Assembly: GCA_965645245.1 (NCBI GenBank)
Contig: OZ287068.1
Span: 3,472,001-3,536,000 of the forward strand
Direction of reading: 5' to 3'
Length of the DNA stretch: 64,000 nt
Origin: Massalongia carnosa
Taxonomy: Eukaryota
Shown: piece after piece, positions 23,095-36,146 of the stretch
How the letters are laid out: every line of letters begins with the position of its first letter
Position numbering within the stretch: position 1 is the stretch's first letter
The notes under the pieces: generated by a model
What the model was told of the DNA's origin: nothing
Seen by the model: only the letters and a program-made list of their open reading frames with translations
Database searches by the model: none
Translations under genes and position numbers: made by a program

Positions 23095-23720
23095 TCAGTA
23101 AGATAAGTGCCTGCATACCTTGCTCCTGAAACTGCCGATCTCCATCCTTGTGCGTCCTACCGTATACGAGAATGATCACATCAGTCATGACGTTAATCCA
23201 GCAGGATAGATGTCTGCATATCTTGATTCTGCAATCAAGCGCACATCGCCGATCTCCATCCTCGAGAATAATCATGACAGCCATCGCGCTCCTCGAAAGA
23301 TAGATGCCCTCATCATCACCGATCTTCCTCCTCTTTGGCTGTATCCTGCCGTATACGAGAGTAACCAGGCCAGTCATCGCGCCACCTCGATAGGATAAGT
23401 GCGTGTTTATCTTGCTTCTGCAACTGCCGATATCCAACCCTGTGCGCCCTATTGTACGAGAATGACCACGTCAGCCATGACGCTGGCCCAGCAGGATAGA
23501 TGTCTGCATATCTTGATTCTGCAATCAAGCGCACATCGCCGATCTCCATCCTCGAGAATAATCATGACAGTCATCGCGCTCCTCGAAAGATAGATGCCCT
23601 CATCATCATCGATCTTCCTCCTCGTTGGCTGCACTCTGCCATATACGAGTTATCAGGTCAATTATGGCGCCGTCCTAGAAAGATAGATGCCTGCATGCCT
23701 CAATCAGCGCCAATCTTTAT
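23095..23720. repeat. Degenerate ~90-102-bp tandem units (about 7) with a near-identical ~140-bp segment duplicated 290 bp apart
   Basis: GATAGATG/GATAAGTG anchors near 23102, 23204, 23298, 23393, 23494, 23589, 23680. About 23198-23333 matches 23488-23623. Confidence 0.8.
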
Positions 23721-24802
23721 TTAGTGTTGAATGTGTGCATGTCGATCATCACCGCTCTTGGGTGAAATAATAATGCTGCCCAATCTTTATTTTCAGGTTA
23801 TCGTTAGCAAGATCTAGACCCAAGCAAGCTGAAAAGATGACATGGCGCCGTATGGACGATAACAAAAAGAAGACCTGAACATATGATTGGAAGAATAGGA
23901 TTTTTGGCCGGGCTTTATCCCAGGTGTTGAGGGTCACACGAGTTGATAATTGCCAATCAGAATGGCTGAGCAAGGGGAGTTGGCAGCTCAAGGTAAGTCA
24001 AAGAAAAATGAAATGTTTGAAAACAGCGAGGGAATGGATCAAATTAAATATTTCAAGGTGAGGTTAGGATGCCTGTGGTTTAGCCGACTCTCTTGGCACA
24101 TTATTCCTATTCGAGCGGAGTTAAACTCAAAACGGCAAGTCTTGGGTATGTGTAGGTGAAAAGTTTTGAGACTCCTTTAGTTGATCCGACTTGGATTGAG
24201 GAACCGCTGCTTGATGGTCTTCGACGCGTCTCCGCTTCCTATATCGTATGATTTCCCCTTACTTAGGCTGGAAGGGTTGTTGATTCCTGCTCGCTGCTTA
24301 GTATTGGAATTTGCCGAGATACCTGAATATTTGCGACCGAGGTTCTTTTGCCTCCTGCTTACTAATTTCCAGATTAGGCAATCATATGCTATATGCGAAA
24401 AGCTTCAGATATCGGCACGACTTCGGCAACTACGAGGAGGCAAAGGTATGCAGCAAAAATGCTACATTTCGGAGGCAATTCAGCTTTTCATGATCACCGA
24501 GTGTCTCGGTGTCTCCGGTCAGCAATAAGGTGTATTTTGCCCAGCTGAAAAGTGTTGGAATACTCGCTTAGCCCCATTAGTTCTAGCTCAGCCCTGCAGG
24601 CTGCCATGACTGCTATAAGCAGTCACCTCCGTAGTAATTTCAACATTATGCCGTCAACTGTTTATTTAACAATCTACAGAGAAGCGATGTGCAAAATCGC
24701 TTGCGCCATTAGTTCCAAGTGGATATAGTATCAAGATAGAGCTCTTCGTGTTCTTACCCCAGCAGAAGGAGACCGCCCATCGAATCCTAATCTGTCTATA
24801 CA

Positions 24803-27800
24803 ATGAGTTTTGGCATCAGCGTGGGCGACTTTATCAAGGTACTGGAGCTTGCGAATGGGATCCGGACGCGGTTCGTTGATGCTCCAGACCAATTTAAGGC
24901 AATACATGATGAGTGAGTCTCCCTAATAGTTACACAGCAGATGCTTACTGTTTGATTCCCAGGGTCAGGAGCCTCTCAATTATCCTTCAGGATGTCCACA
25001 TCATTTCACAGCAGCGGGATCTTACCTACAAGCAAGAGAAGGAGTTGCGTTGCATTGCAGCGGGATGCCATAATGTCCTTAGTACACTGGATAAAACCTT
25101 GGAGTAGTACCAAGAACTAGGTTCTGAGCCCAACGATGGCGACCTTCGGGGCTTCCCCTTCAAAGTCCGAAGAAGGTTGAAGAGACTGAAATGGGAGCCG
25201 GAGGATATAAAGGAGCTTCGAAGCCGTGTTATCACAAATATATCTCTGTTAACGTCGACAGGAAGGAACAGGATGATGGCTATTGGATTCAGACGAGTTT
25301 CAGAGATGGTCGAGTGAAAGCAAGCAGATATTGTTCTGTCCAGGCATTCCAGGAGCGGGCAAGACGATAATAACAGCCATTGTTGTCGAGCATCTCTGCA
25401 CTAAATTCCGGAAATACCCCAATATAGGCATAGCATACCTATATTGCAACTTTCGACGACACCAGGAGCAGAAGCCCATAGATCTTCTCGCAGGTCTACT
25501 GAAACAGCTAATCCAACGACGACCTTCTCTGCCCGAGAAGGTTATAAGACTTCACGAGAAGCACAACAAGGATCGGACAAGCCCATCATCTGACGAAATC
25601 TCGAAAGTATTGCAGTCAACTGTCGCTGAATATTCAAGGACTTTTATTATCATCGATGCGCTAGACGAATGTCAATTTTCCGAGGGAAGTCGCAGGAAGT
25701 TCCTGCTGGAGATTTTTAGCCTTCAGGCCAAGACTGGAGCAAATGTTTTTGCGACTTCACGGTTTATCCCAGAGATCATTAGAGAGTTTGAAGAAGGTAT
25801 ATCATTAGAGATCCAGGCCAGTAATGAAGATGTGCGGAGATATCTAGAGGGTCGTATGTCACAGCTACCATCGTGTGTTCTTAAAAGTCGTGACTTGCAG
25901 GAGAAAATTGTGACCGAAATTATCCAAGCAGCTGATAAAATGCACGTACCTCCTCCTGGTGCTAAAATTGAAAGAGCTGTTTAACACTTGCTCAGGTTTC
26001 TCCTTGCGCAGCTTCATCTGGATTCACTAATTGATAAAACAACAAAAAAGGAGATCATAAATGCGTTGAAAGGGCTCCCAAAAGGATCAGAAGAACTTGA
26101 TCGTGCTTATAAGGAAACTATGGAAAGGATTGAAGGCCAGAAAAAGGGCTTTCAAACCCTTGCAAAGCGTGTTCTCTCATGGGTCACCTGCGCCAAGAGA
26201 CCCCTGACCATCTTTGAGCTCCAGCATGCCCTTGCTGTAGAGGTTGGTGAGTTGGAACTTGATGAAGAGAATTTCCCAGAAATCGAGGACATGGTTTCTG
26301 TATGTGCTGCTTTAATCACTGTTGATGAGAAGAACAACATTATCCGCTTGATTCACTATACGACACAGGAATACTTTGAGCGGACGCACATATCTTGGTT
26401 TCCCAATGCGCAGACAAATATCGCAATGGCCTGCGTTACCTATCTATCATTCGATGCTTTTGAAACTGGTTGCTGTCAAACAGATGAAGAGTTCGAGGTA
26501 CGACTAAATGTGAATGTATTTTATGACTACGCCGCACGGAATTGGGGACATCATGCTCATGAAGCTTCAACTGAGCTGAGACAGTCAATTCTGGATCTTC
26601 TTAAAAATGAGGCCAAGGTCTCTAGCTTCAGCCAGGCTATGATGGCCTCTAAAGACGTCATTAACTACAGTCAAATAGTAGTAAGGCAAATTAAAGGAGT
26701 ACACGTTGCGGCATACTTCGGACTAAAGGAAGTGATGATAGCTCTCCATGATCATAGATATAATCTAAGTTTGAAGGATATTTATGGTCAGACGCCCCTG
26801 TTATACGCTGCACGGAATGGGCACGAAGCAGTGGTGAAGCTGCTGCTTGCAACGGAGGGTGTTGACCCTGACTCCAAGGATATGCTCAGGCAGACGCCAC
26901 TGTCATACGCTGCACGGAACGGGCATGAAGCAGTGATGAAGCTGCTGCTTGCAAAGGAGGGTGTTGACCCTGACTCCAAGGACGACGACAATCAGACTCC
27001 ACTGTTATGGGCTGCTAGGAGTGGGCATGAAGCAGTGATGAAGCTGCTGCTTGCAAAAGAGGGTGTTGACCCTGACTCCAAGAACGAAAGAAATCGGACG
27101 CCACTGTCAGTGGCTGCAGAGAATGGGCACGAGGCAGTGGTGAAGCTGCTGCTTGCAAAAGAGGGTGTTGACCCTGACTCCAAGGACGACGACAATCAGA
27201 CTCCACTGTTATGGGCTGCTATGTTTGGGTATGAAGCAGTGGTGAAGCTGCTGCTTGCAACGGAGGGTGTTGACCCTGACTCCAAGGATATGCTCAGTCA
27301 GACGCCACTGTCATACGCTGCACGGAACGGGCATGAAGCAGTGATGAAGCTGCTGCTTGCAAAGGAGGGTGTTGACCCTGACTTCAAGAATTATTTCAGT
27401 CAGACGCCACTGTTTGTAGCTGCTATGTTTGGGTATGAAGCAGTGGTGAAGCTGCTGCTTGCAAAAGAGGGTGTTGACCCTGATTCTAAGGACAAAGACA
27501 ATCAGACCCCACTATTATGGGCTGCTAGGAGTGGGCACGATTGGTGAAGTTGCTGCTTGCAAAAGAGGGTGTTGACCCTGACTCCAAGGACAAAGACAAT
27601 CAGACTCCACTGTTATGGGCTGCTAGGAGTGGGCACGAAGCAGTGGTGAAGTTGCTGCTTGTAAAGGAGGGTGTTGACCCTAACTCTAAGGGTGAGGAAA
27701 AGCGGACTCTACTGTTATAGGCTGCTAGGATTGGGCATGAAGCAGTGATGAAGCTGCTGCTTGCAAAAGAGGGTGTTGACCCTGACTCCAAGGACGAATA

Positions 27801-28536
27801 CAATCGGACTCCACTGTTATGGGCTGCTAGGAGTGGGCACGAAGCAGTGGTGAAGCTGCTGCTTACAAATGAGGATATTGACCCTGACTTCAAGGACAAA
27901 GACAATCGGACTCCACTGTTATGGGCTGCTAGAAGTGGGCACGAGGCAGTGGTGAAGCTGCTGCTTACAAAGGAGGGTGTTGACCCTGACTTCAAGGACA
28001 AAGACAATCAGACTCCACTGTTATGGGCTGCTAGGAGTGGGCACGAAGCAGTGGTGAAGCTACTGCTTACAAAGAAGGGTGTTGACCCTGACTTCAAGGA
28101 CAAAGACAATCAGACTCCACTGTTATGGGCTGCTAGGAGTGGGCACGAAGCAGTGGTGAAGCTACTGCTTACAAAGGAGGGTGTTGACCCTGACTTCAAG
28201 GACAAAGACAATCAGACCCCACTGTTATGGGCTGCTAGGAGAGGGCACGAAGCAGTGGTGAAGCTGCTGCTTGCAAAGGAGGGTGTTGACCCTGACTCCA
28301 AGGATATTTTCAGTGAGACGCCACTGTTATCCGCTGCTAGATTTGGGCACGAAGCAGTGATGAAGCTACTGCTTACAAAGGAGGGTGTTGACCTTTACTC
28401 CAAGGACAAACGTAATCACACTCCACTGTTATGGGCTGCTAAGTCTAGGAACAAAGCAGTGTTGAAGCTACTGCTTGCAAAGGAGGGTTTTGACCCTGAC
28501 TCCAAGGACGAAGAAAACCGGGCTATACTGTTATGA
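24803..28536 (+). pseudogene. NLR-like gene: helical (SesA/HeLo-like) N-terminus, NACHT, ~18 ankyrin repeats; disrupted
   Basis: MSFGISVGDFI, LFCPGIPGAGKT, IIIDALDEC, MFLLAQLH. Introns 24913-24962 and 25942-25995. Lesions: TAG 25105, apparent deletion ~25250, 4-bp net deletion ~27540, TAG 27718. Confidence 0.88.
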
Positions 28537-28585
28537 GCTGCTAGGAATGGGCTGCTAGGAATGCGCACGAGGCAGTGGTGAGGCT
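26789..28585 (+). repeat. 102-bp (34-aa) ankyrin repeat array, about 18 units
   Basis: QTPLxxAAxxGHEAVVKLLLAKEGVDPDSKDxxx starts every 102 bp (one spacing of 98 bp). Confidence 0.95.
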
Positions 28586-29464
28586 ATATATGCCTCTACT
28601 AGTCTGCACGTTGACAAGGATACGCGAGGCACGCAGCTCGAACACTTAAAATCATCTTTGTTGATGAAGAAGCATGTCCGTGTGTTCAACTGCGATTAAT
28701 ATCTTGATTTGCCTTTCATTGACAATACCACCAATTTTCGGGGTATGTCGTAGAAAAGAGAACGAGAATGAGAGTGGAATTGAGAATAATTGAAAAAGTC
28801 ATTTCTTTGATTGCGGCTGCACAATATTTGTTCGAAATACACCATGACAACCCATTGTTGCGCAATCTCGTCCTTGCTCTTCGCCCATGAAAAGTATCCG
28901 TGACCGTTGATTCGTTATCATTATCAATTTGTTGATCCCGTTGAAAATTTGGGAAAGAGTCTCGGTGCAACGGTAGCTCCGTATTCCATGGCAAGAGTGT
29001 CACGGTGGATTGTATAAATATTTTATGCAACCAGTATAGAACAAAACAAGAAACCGGGTATATACCTCCACTGACTCTTTTCCCCTACTTAATGCTCTCC
29101 CAGCTCGTGTTTCTATATTTGAGGTTTCGGTTAGGTAATATTTTTGGTAGCTGTATCGTTCAATTCAGTCATAGCTGTAAGTACATGTACCGTCGCGCAG
29201 TTCAGCACATATCTTTGACTTCTTTCGACCTGCTTACTCTCGCGTTTTCCTTTCCCTTGGCCTTATTCATAGTCATTGGCTTCCGTAATGGATCTGTTAT
29301 TCATCTCATTCAATTCTGGGAAGAGTACATTCGATCCGATGGACCCCAAATGCCAGAAACTCGGATTTTGACCAGAACTAGAAAGGCGTGGTGAGACTCG
29401 CTCGAGCTGAGAGATAAATGATGCTTGAAAGGGGGTCTCCTTTTCATTTTTCTCTTGTCCTCCT

Positions 29465-32240
29465 TCACGATTGTTCACTGTTTCCTCTTGTTACTCCTCG
29501 TCGTCCTCTTTCCTCCCCCTCGTCGTTCTCGTCCTCCTGCTCGTCGTCGTCGTCGTCGTCATCATCGTCGTCCCCCTGGTCATCGTCGTCGTCGTCGTCC
29601 TTCGCCGCCTCCTCCTCCACCTCATCCTCGTCTCCTGACTCCGCCTCCGCCTCCGTCCCTATCTTTACCTTTAGTTCTACCTTCTTGCTTTCCTCTTCTC
29701 GGTTTGCTATCTTTTTCTTATCGTTAGAGTCAAATAATATCAGAGGCTGCGTTGATCCTTCTATGATATCGTAAGACTTGTCACGATGATCATTGATTGC
29801 TTGGATCAATTGAATCTTTTGTTTTGAATTTAGGTTTAGATGCTTGGAAAGCATCAAACCCTCTTCATAGTTCATATAAGTTCCTTGTGACTTAATACCC
29901 TTAATAATTTGAGTGTGATCAATGTTGTATTTTTAAGATAAAATTGCAATTGGGTACGTGTTAGACCAGCAGCTTTCAGCAAGTTTGACGCATTGAGAAC
30001 TTCTTGCGACGGTTCAAGCCACAATTTTTGGCCATCAAGAAGTCTGCAATGATATTGCCTATACTGCTCATTGCAATACTGCTCGTCGGTCGCGTGAAAG
30101 CTAAGAAGAAATCAGCCGCATGAAAACTTTATAAGAACAAACCAACCTCATTATCGTTTTCTCGAAAGATGATTCTTTGATGTCATCATTGATCATATGA
30201 CGCAATCGTTTGTGCTTGAATATGTCAAATTCTTTGAAATACGATAATGCCATGTGAAGATCAACCAGAGTGCCTTGTCGATGGACAAAAATGATAATAT
30301 GTCTCCTTCGACTTCTTCTGCTCCTTCTGATCTCTCTTGCGTATCCTTTCAAGTTTGTCCCTAATCTATCCTAAAGTTTGACCGAATGCCAACGCTAAAT
30401 GAGTAAAGCATATCCACTTGTCTAAGATGCGCATTCGAATAGCTTGATTATTCAACGTACACTCTCGGAATTTTTGTCCTTTACAAGTGTACTCAGTATA
30501 CCAAGCCTCTAATAATTCGTCTTCGGGTTTTGACTCGGTAGTCTCGTCTTGGGCCGGGGCTGATATTTCAAGGCCTGAACCTAGATTTGAACAAACACTT
30601 CGTGTCTGTAGTTTCTTCTTCAAAGGTTGTTCGGCTGCCTTAAGGCAACGTTTACCGAGAGAAACTTGTGCATCATCTTGTGAACTTTCTCGAAGAGCTT
30701 CCATCAGGATGGATGGCGAATTAGTGTGATCCGTGAAATACTCTTGAGGAACAGTGATCCCTTTCGACGTCATACTTTTATCTTCGATTATTTCCATGTT
30801 GAGAAATCCTAGACGATCCGCCTTTTTCAAGCAATCGCTCGTCGATAGTCTATCTTGATGTTTCATCTTCAGCATATCGGTTGAGAGAAAATCTATCAGA
30901 GCATCTCCCTCTCCTTCGCAATCATTGGCCGCATCACATATATCTTGACACCAACGAATGCCCTTACGCTCTCGTGTTGGCTTAGGAAGACCGTACCCGT
31001 ATTCAAGTACGATCACTGCCAATGACCATATGTCCACGGCCGAAGTGTAAGTACTGCGTTTCCAAATCTCTGGTGCCACGTATGGATCTGTTCCACAGAA
31101 GGTTTTCAAGATGGAACCGTTTCTTGCAAATCCAAAATCGACGAGCTTGAGGAGGAAAGGTCTTCGAGACTTGATGAGAATGTTTTCCGGCTTGATATCT
31201 CTATGCACTATACGTTGAGAATGCAAATGCTTAAGAGCTTGAAGCCCTTGACAGAGAATTCCGATGCTCTCCTCTTCAGTGATACAACTTTTTCGATCTT
31301 GGAAAGCTAGATTTCCTAGTGGTAGATATTCCATCACCAGCAAAGGCTTCTGTTCCATGGTAAAATCCACAAACTGTACAATATACTTCTTTGCGATCGA
31401 TCAGATAAAGAATTCATCGTCAACGATAACTGTGCTTACATGTGAAATCAATCTCAAGATCTCAACCTCTCTCTTCCAATCGAATCCGTGAAACTCTTTG
31501 GCCGCATATTGATAACCGGTGCTCACATCAATGGTCTTGTACACGATCCCGGAAGTACCACTTCCAAGTTCTTTCTCCAGAAGATAGATGGGCTGCTGCC
31601 GAGGAGAGTGTTGTTGAGTCACCTGCGCGGTGATTTGCTGACTTTGCACGTCCAGCTGATCGAACCAAGGCATCGCGTCGTGGGTCTCCTCGAGATACCT
31701 GTTGCGGTGTGCTTTATATATATCCTTGTACTCTTGATTCCTTTTGTCGGGCCAAACGATCTTGAACTTGAGGTTTCCTTTCGCCATCGTGACGATGATG
31801 TTTTTGTATGTGCCGAAGAGGATCCAAGTGAAGTGGTTCCGTTTAGGAGCGTCTTCGCCCTTGTAGCTGACACTTGCTACTCTGTTGGACATGTTTTTCA
31901 ATGTGACTTCTCCTCTCTCGTTGAAAGCAATGCAGAAGTGTCGACCACTGAATCCATCAGCCTTCCCCCCCAGTAAGACATCACAGATCCGTGGATCACT
32001 TCCGAACACAAATCCGTGCTTGATGTCCTTCGGTCTCTTGTCGAAGGTCAACTGTAAGCGAGACCCGGATGATGCAGATGGAGAGCGTGTAGGTTCTCGA
32101 CTTGAATATTCGGTAAATTCGCCTTCAAGACTGTCTCCAGGCAGATATCGATCGAGATTGTGAGATCGTCCCAAGGCTCTCTCGGCTGTCACATCGGCTG
32201 CCTCTAGTGTCACAATGAGCCTTGGATTATTGTTCTCCAT
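29465..32240 (-). pseudogene. FHA-like + Ser/Thr kinase + two KilA-N/APSES-like domains + acidic tail; kinase part open, C-terminal part has a stop and frameshifts
   Basis: GFVFGSDPRICDVLL..FSGRHF (FHA). LGSGTSGIV, AAK, HRDIKPEN, DFG, CGTDPYVAPE. Intron 31439-31389. IRMRILDKWICFTHL..QGTLVD and LNASNLLKAAGL..QGTYMNYEEG. Confidence 0.78.
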
Positions 32241-32565
32241 TTTGGGCTTTTTCGATGAATGAAACAAAATGATAGAATTATGACAGAACGTTGAGGCGAG
32301 GGAAGATTATTGGACTTTGGAGGAAACGTTACATATGTCCCAATCATTATTTTTGATAACTTCCTTATGGAGTAGCGACACATGTACAGTGCCTTTAGAT
32401 GTAAACAAACGCCAGGCGGTTATGAGTCACACGAAGTACGTACTACGCCGCCCATTTCGTCACGTGCATCAACTGCTTTGTCGATATTTTCCCAATTGTT
32501 CAACCATCTGTCCTTGACTTTATGTCACATATCGAGTACACATAAAATTATCGACTTTCAAGATC

Positions 32566-34906
32566 ATGGATTCTCCCTCGGAAGAAGTATGGGTCAGGGA
32601 TTTGAGCAATCCGAGCGTGATGGAAGAAATTGTGAAACGAAGGTAGCAGATTACATCTGAACCAAAGAAGAAAACTTGCTCATACTACATTACCGTGCTA
32701 CAGATGGTTTAAGTTGAAGGATCCGACCAATATGACTGCGGAGATTCGCGAGAAACTGAGGTGAGAGAGTTCGATTTGAGTAAATCTGTCTTGCAAACAT
32801 CCAGATCATCATGCTAAGCACGTTGATATTATCAGAGATATGATTCAGGATATGAATCACTCTCGTCCGGTGGATCCCAAAGATCTTGAAGAGAAACTGA
32901 GGTAAGAACGTTTGCGATTTGCATCACAAATCAATCCTTTCGACTTGAACATTGATGCTGATGTTTTAAGGAATATTAGGGACTGTTCTCGAAGATCGAC
33001 CCCAACTCTAAGCCCCGAGGAGTTGACGGAGCGAGATAAGGCTGACGCCAAACAAGCCTATGACACTCTGATAAAGATGGGCGGGAGGCCTACTCATCCT
33101 CTTCGATCCCAGCCCATCTGGAAGACCACCTTGATTAATGGGTTTCTCTATTGGCGGGACGAGGAACTAGAAGTGGATCGCTGCGAGTTGGAATGGAATT
33201 ACATTGGCTCTCATTGGGAAGACGAACGCGCCCGATTTCAGGAAGAATTACGGCAATGGCAGCGATTTCGCGATTTCCAACAACGGGCCCGTGACGACCA
33301 GCAGGAAAAAGGTGCGGAGGACAACCCAGAGCTGCAACAGCAAGTGCAAGACCAGCATCTGGCAGTATGTCTAACGCGATTGGAAGACTGGAGGGAATAC
33401 CGTGCCTATCAACAGGAAAAGATTGACCACCGTAAGAAGTGGATTGAAAGATACCGGCGAGCGGTGGAAGCCATAGAGCAAAGAGCTTCTGAAGTGGACT
33501 TGGATAAACTAACATTCAAAGGTTTATCCCAACTTGATTGTTTACGCAAGTTGCACGATCGTTTAGAGTGGCTGGAAGCCGAAGAGAAACGACTAAAATG
33601 GATTCAACAGCAGCTTCCACTAATTCTCTCGGAATGCGCTGGTTCTTTGATTGGAACGCCGACCTCTTGTCGTCAGATGAAAGAGAAAATGGAGGCCGAT
33701 ACCAGACAAGTTTACACAAGTCTGATAAATACGAGCGGGAGGCCGACTCGGCCGATTCGACCGATATCTGATATCGAAGAAAGCGATCAAGCAGATTTCC
33801 TACTTGTGCTTTGTCATTGGGAGGATGGGTATTCTCAGTTTGAGGACCAGTTGACAGAATGGAAGCAATTTCAAGAATATCTGTCAAAGAAAGAGGTTGA
33901 CGAGAATAAGGAATCTCAACCGCAAGAGCAACAATCTACAGAAAGCTTGACTAAATTAAACCACTGGAAGGAATATCAGGCGTATCAACAAATGAAGGTC
34001 GACAACGCTAAGAAATGGGTAGAGTTCTGGCGGCGACAAGCGAAATGGTTTCAACAAAAAGAGAAGTACTGGGCACAGCCTGAGATGATTGGAGGAGGTG
34101 AAGCTCAGAGATATCGTTCTCAAGCGGAGGAAGCGCGATCACATGCCGAAGACGCGCAACAGCAAATCAGACCTGTAGAATTGCGACTGGAATGGATAGA
34201 GCAACAGATACAAGGAATTCTTTCGGAACAAAGCGTCTCATCATATAAAACGCTGACATCTGATCAACTGCACGCTCAAGTCGAATCGCAGAAAGCAACA
34301 TCGAAGTCAGATCAAAGCACACCCAGGAATCTCAGGTCCAAACGAGCTGACAAACCGACCGTGCGAAGTCATCGAGGCTTGTCCAGCAAAAATAAAGTAG
34401 ACTCAGTATTAAGCTCTGTTCATTCATCAAAAGTGTCTAGAGTTTGCAAAACAACAACACCTCGACATTGGCCGCAGCCAAAAAATTCCGCAGAGCGTAT
34501 CGCTTGTCAAGAACAAGGCCCTTGCGCCACAATATCGCCAATTCCATCCGCTAGTGTTATGCCGCGCAGAAGCAGCCGCCTAGCCCATTACAAGCAAAAT
34601 TTGAGTGCACAGCAATCCGAGTTAACCGTCAATGCGAACATAACTGCACAATCCTTGTCTATCAAGGCCGCTCCGCGTAGAAGCGAGCGGGTATCTCAAC
34701 AGAAAGAGGAGATGAGCGGATCAATGTTGAACTCGATCATGGCTCCACAAACAGATCTATTCAAAAGGGTGACCCGGCCGAAACCGAAGCGGCGTGCTGC
34801 CAGCAATGAATCAGGCACGAAATTGGCAAGACCCAGCGGGGTATCCAAGAGGCAATATAAGAAGTGCTTTCGGAACAGGACGAAGAAGGTCTCACTCAAT
34901 TCGTGA
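32566..34906 (+). CDS. Hypothetical protein with a duplicated W/Q-rich helical domain and basic disordered tail; three predicted 5' introns
   Basis: Introns 32643-32703, 32761-32835 and 32902-32970 join in frame to the 664-aa ORF. Repeat GGRPTHP..HWEDE..WREYRAYQQ / SGRPTRP..HWEDG..WKEYQAYQQ. Confidence 0.72.
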
Positions 34907-35110
34907 TAGTCGCTTCAAATCACAGGCATGACATACGAATCTATCCGGGCATCATGGGAAGTGGTGTCCGGATCTCAAGCCTCAATATGAGCTGGGTGGT
35001 TTTATTTGATGTGCGAGTTTCATTCTCATCCTCCCTTTACTTGATGGTCGCTTAGATTTCACTCTGATTTAGGTGGCGTAAGGAAGTGGAAAACCCCTTG
35101 ATTACGATTT

Positions 35111-35775
35111 TGTCACAGTGCAGTCATTAGTCTGCGAGACTGTCTTTCTTTGCTGTTGCAGGTCTTTTGTACACCTTCCGGTTGCACTATGCTGACCCGA
35201 TGTGAGGACTGTCGTCTCACATTCTTCGTTCTTCTGACTCTTGCGACGCTGGCAGGTGCCGCTCGGAGTGAGGCTTCATTAAAATGAGACTTTGTATCAG
35301 GTTGGTGAGCTGCTCTGATCAAAGGACCTCCTATTGCCCCGCATATGCATGATAGCCTGAACCGCGTTTCATTTGAGATTCTTCTTTGCCAGATGACGGA
35401 CGGAGTATTCACGACCCCGCGATATGCTACGCCATAAGTGTGGCTGAATTTTCAGCGAATGAGGTAATTGTATCTGAACCGCGTTTCATCGTAGATTCTT
35501 CTTTGCCAATCATTCTCCTTCCGTAAGCTAATGTGACGGTGTGCAATGAATAATGCAATGATATGATTGGTGTCTAAAAGGATCAGGCGCCTGTGATTAC
35601 TACGCCATGCTCGGTGAGCGATCATCCTGTCGGCACCCTTGCTCACCCTCCCGTCACCCTGGCTCACCTTCGCTAGCGCGGGCTCAGGGCGGCGAGGCTC
35701 ACCCGCTAGATCGGGACGGGACGGTTGGCACGATCCCTTCGCCCCCCATCGTGACGAGTCTCCCCCCCTTTTCTC
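35111..35775 (-). mobile_element. Probable degraded 3' LTR with PPT
   Basis: TGTCAC at 35111 and GTGACG (one mismatch) near 35751-35756. Adjacent minus-strand AAAAGGGGGGGAG. Internal ~35-bp direct repeat. No TSD seen. Confidence 0.45.
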
Positions 35776-36146
35776 AAAGAATCGAATCCTCCTGCTGAAT
35801 CAAGGAATAATCAAATAAAGGGTGGACCGGGGGATTGTACTGAGTGAGATGCATGGATCATGTTTTCATGGTAGCCAATTCATGGGGTTTTCGATTAATT
35901 TTGATTCTGTTTTTGGGCCGGAGGGAGAGGTAATAAATAATACGCGGATGAAATGGAAAAAAACTAATTGATGATGCAAAGATGAATTCCATGTGACGAG
36001 AGTTAAAATCGTCCTCACGATTACATGGAAATATCCACGTGTCCTATCTCGGACATTGGGGTATGAATAATACGGAACCCGGTTCAAAAGAATGCCATGA
36101 ACCGCTCCCTTCTCGCAAAGGAAAAAAGGGTCTCAAGCTACCTTAC

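Noticed and set aside
29418..29774. Plus-strand poly-Ser and poly-Arg/Pro ORFs
   Set aside because: Antisense readings of the GAC/GAG acidic tract of the minus-strand gene.
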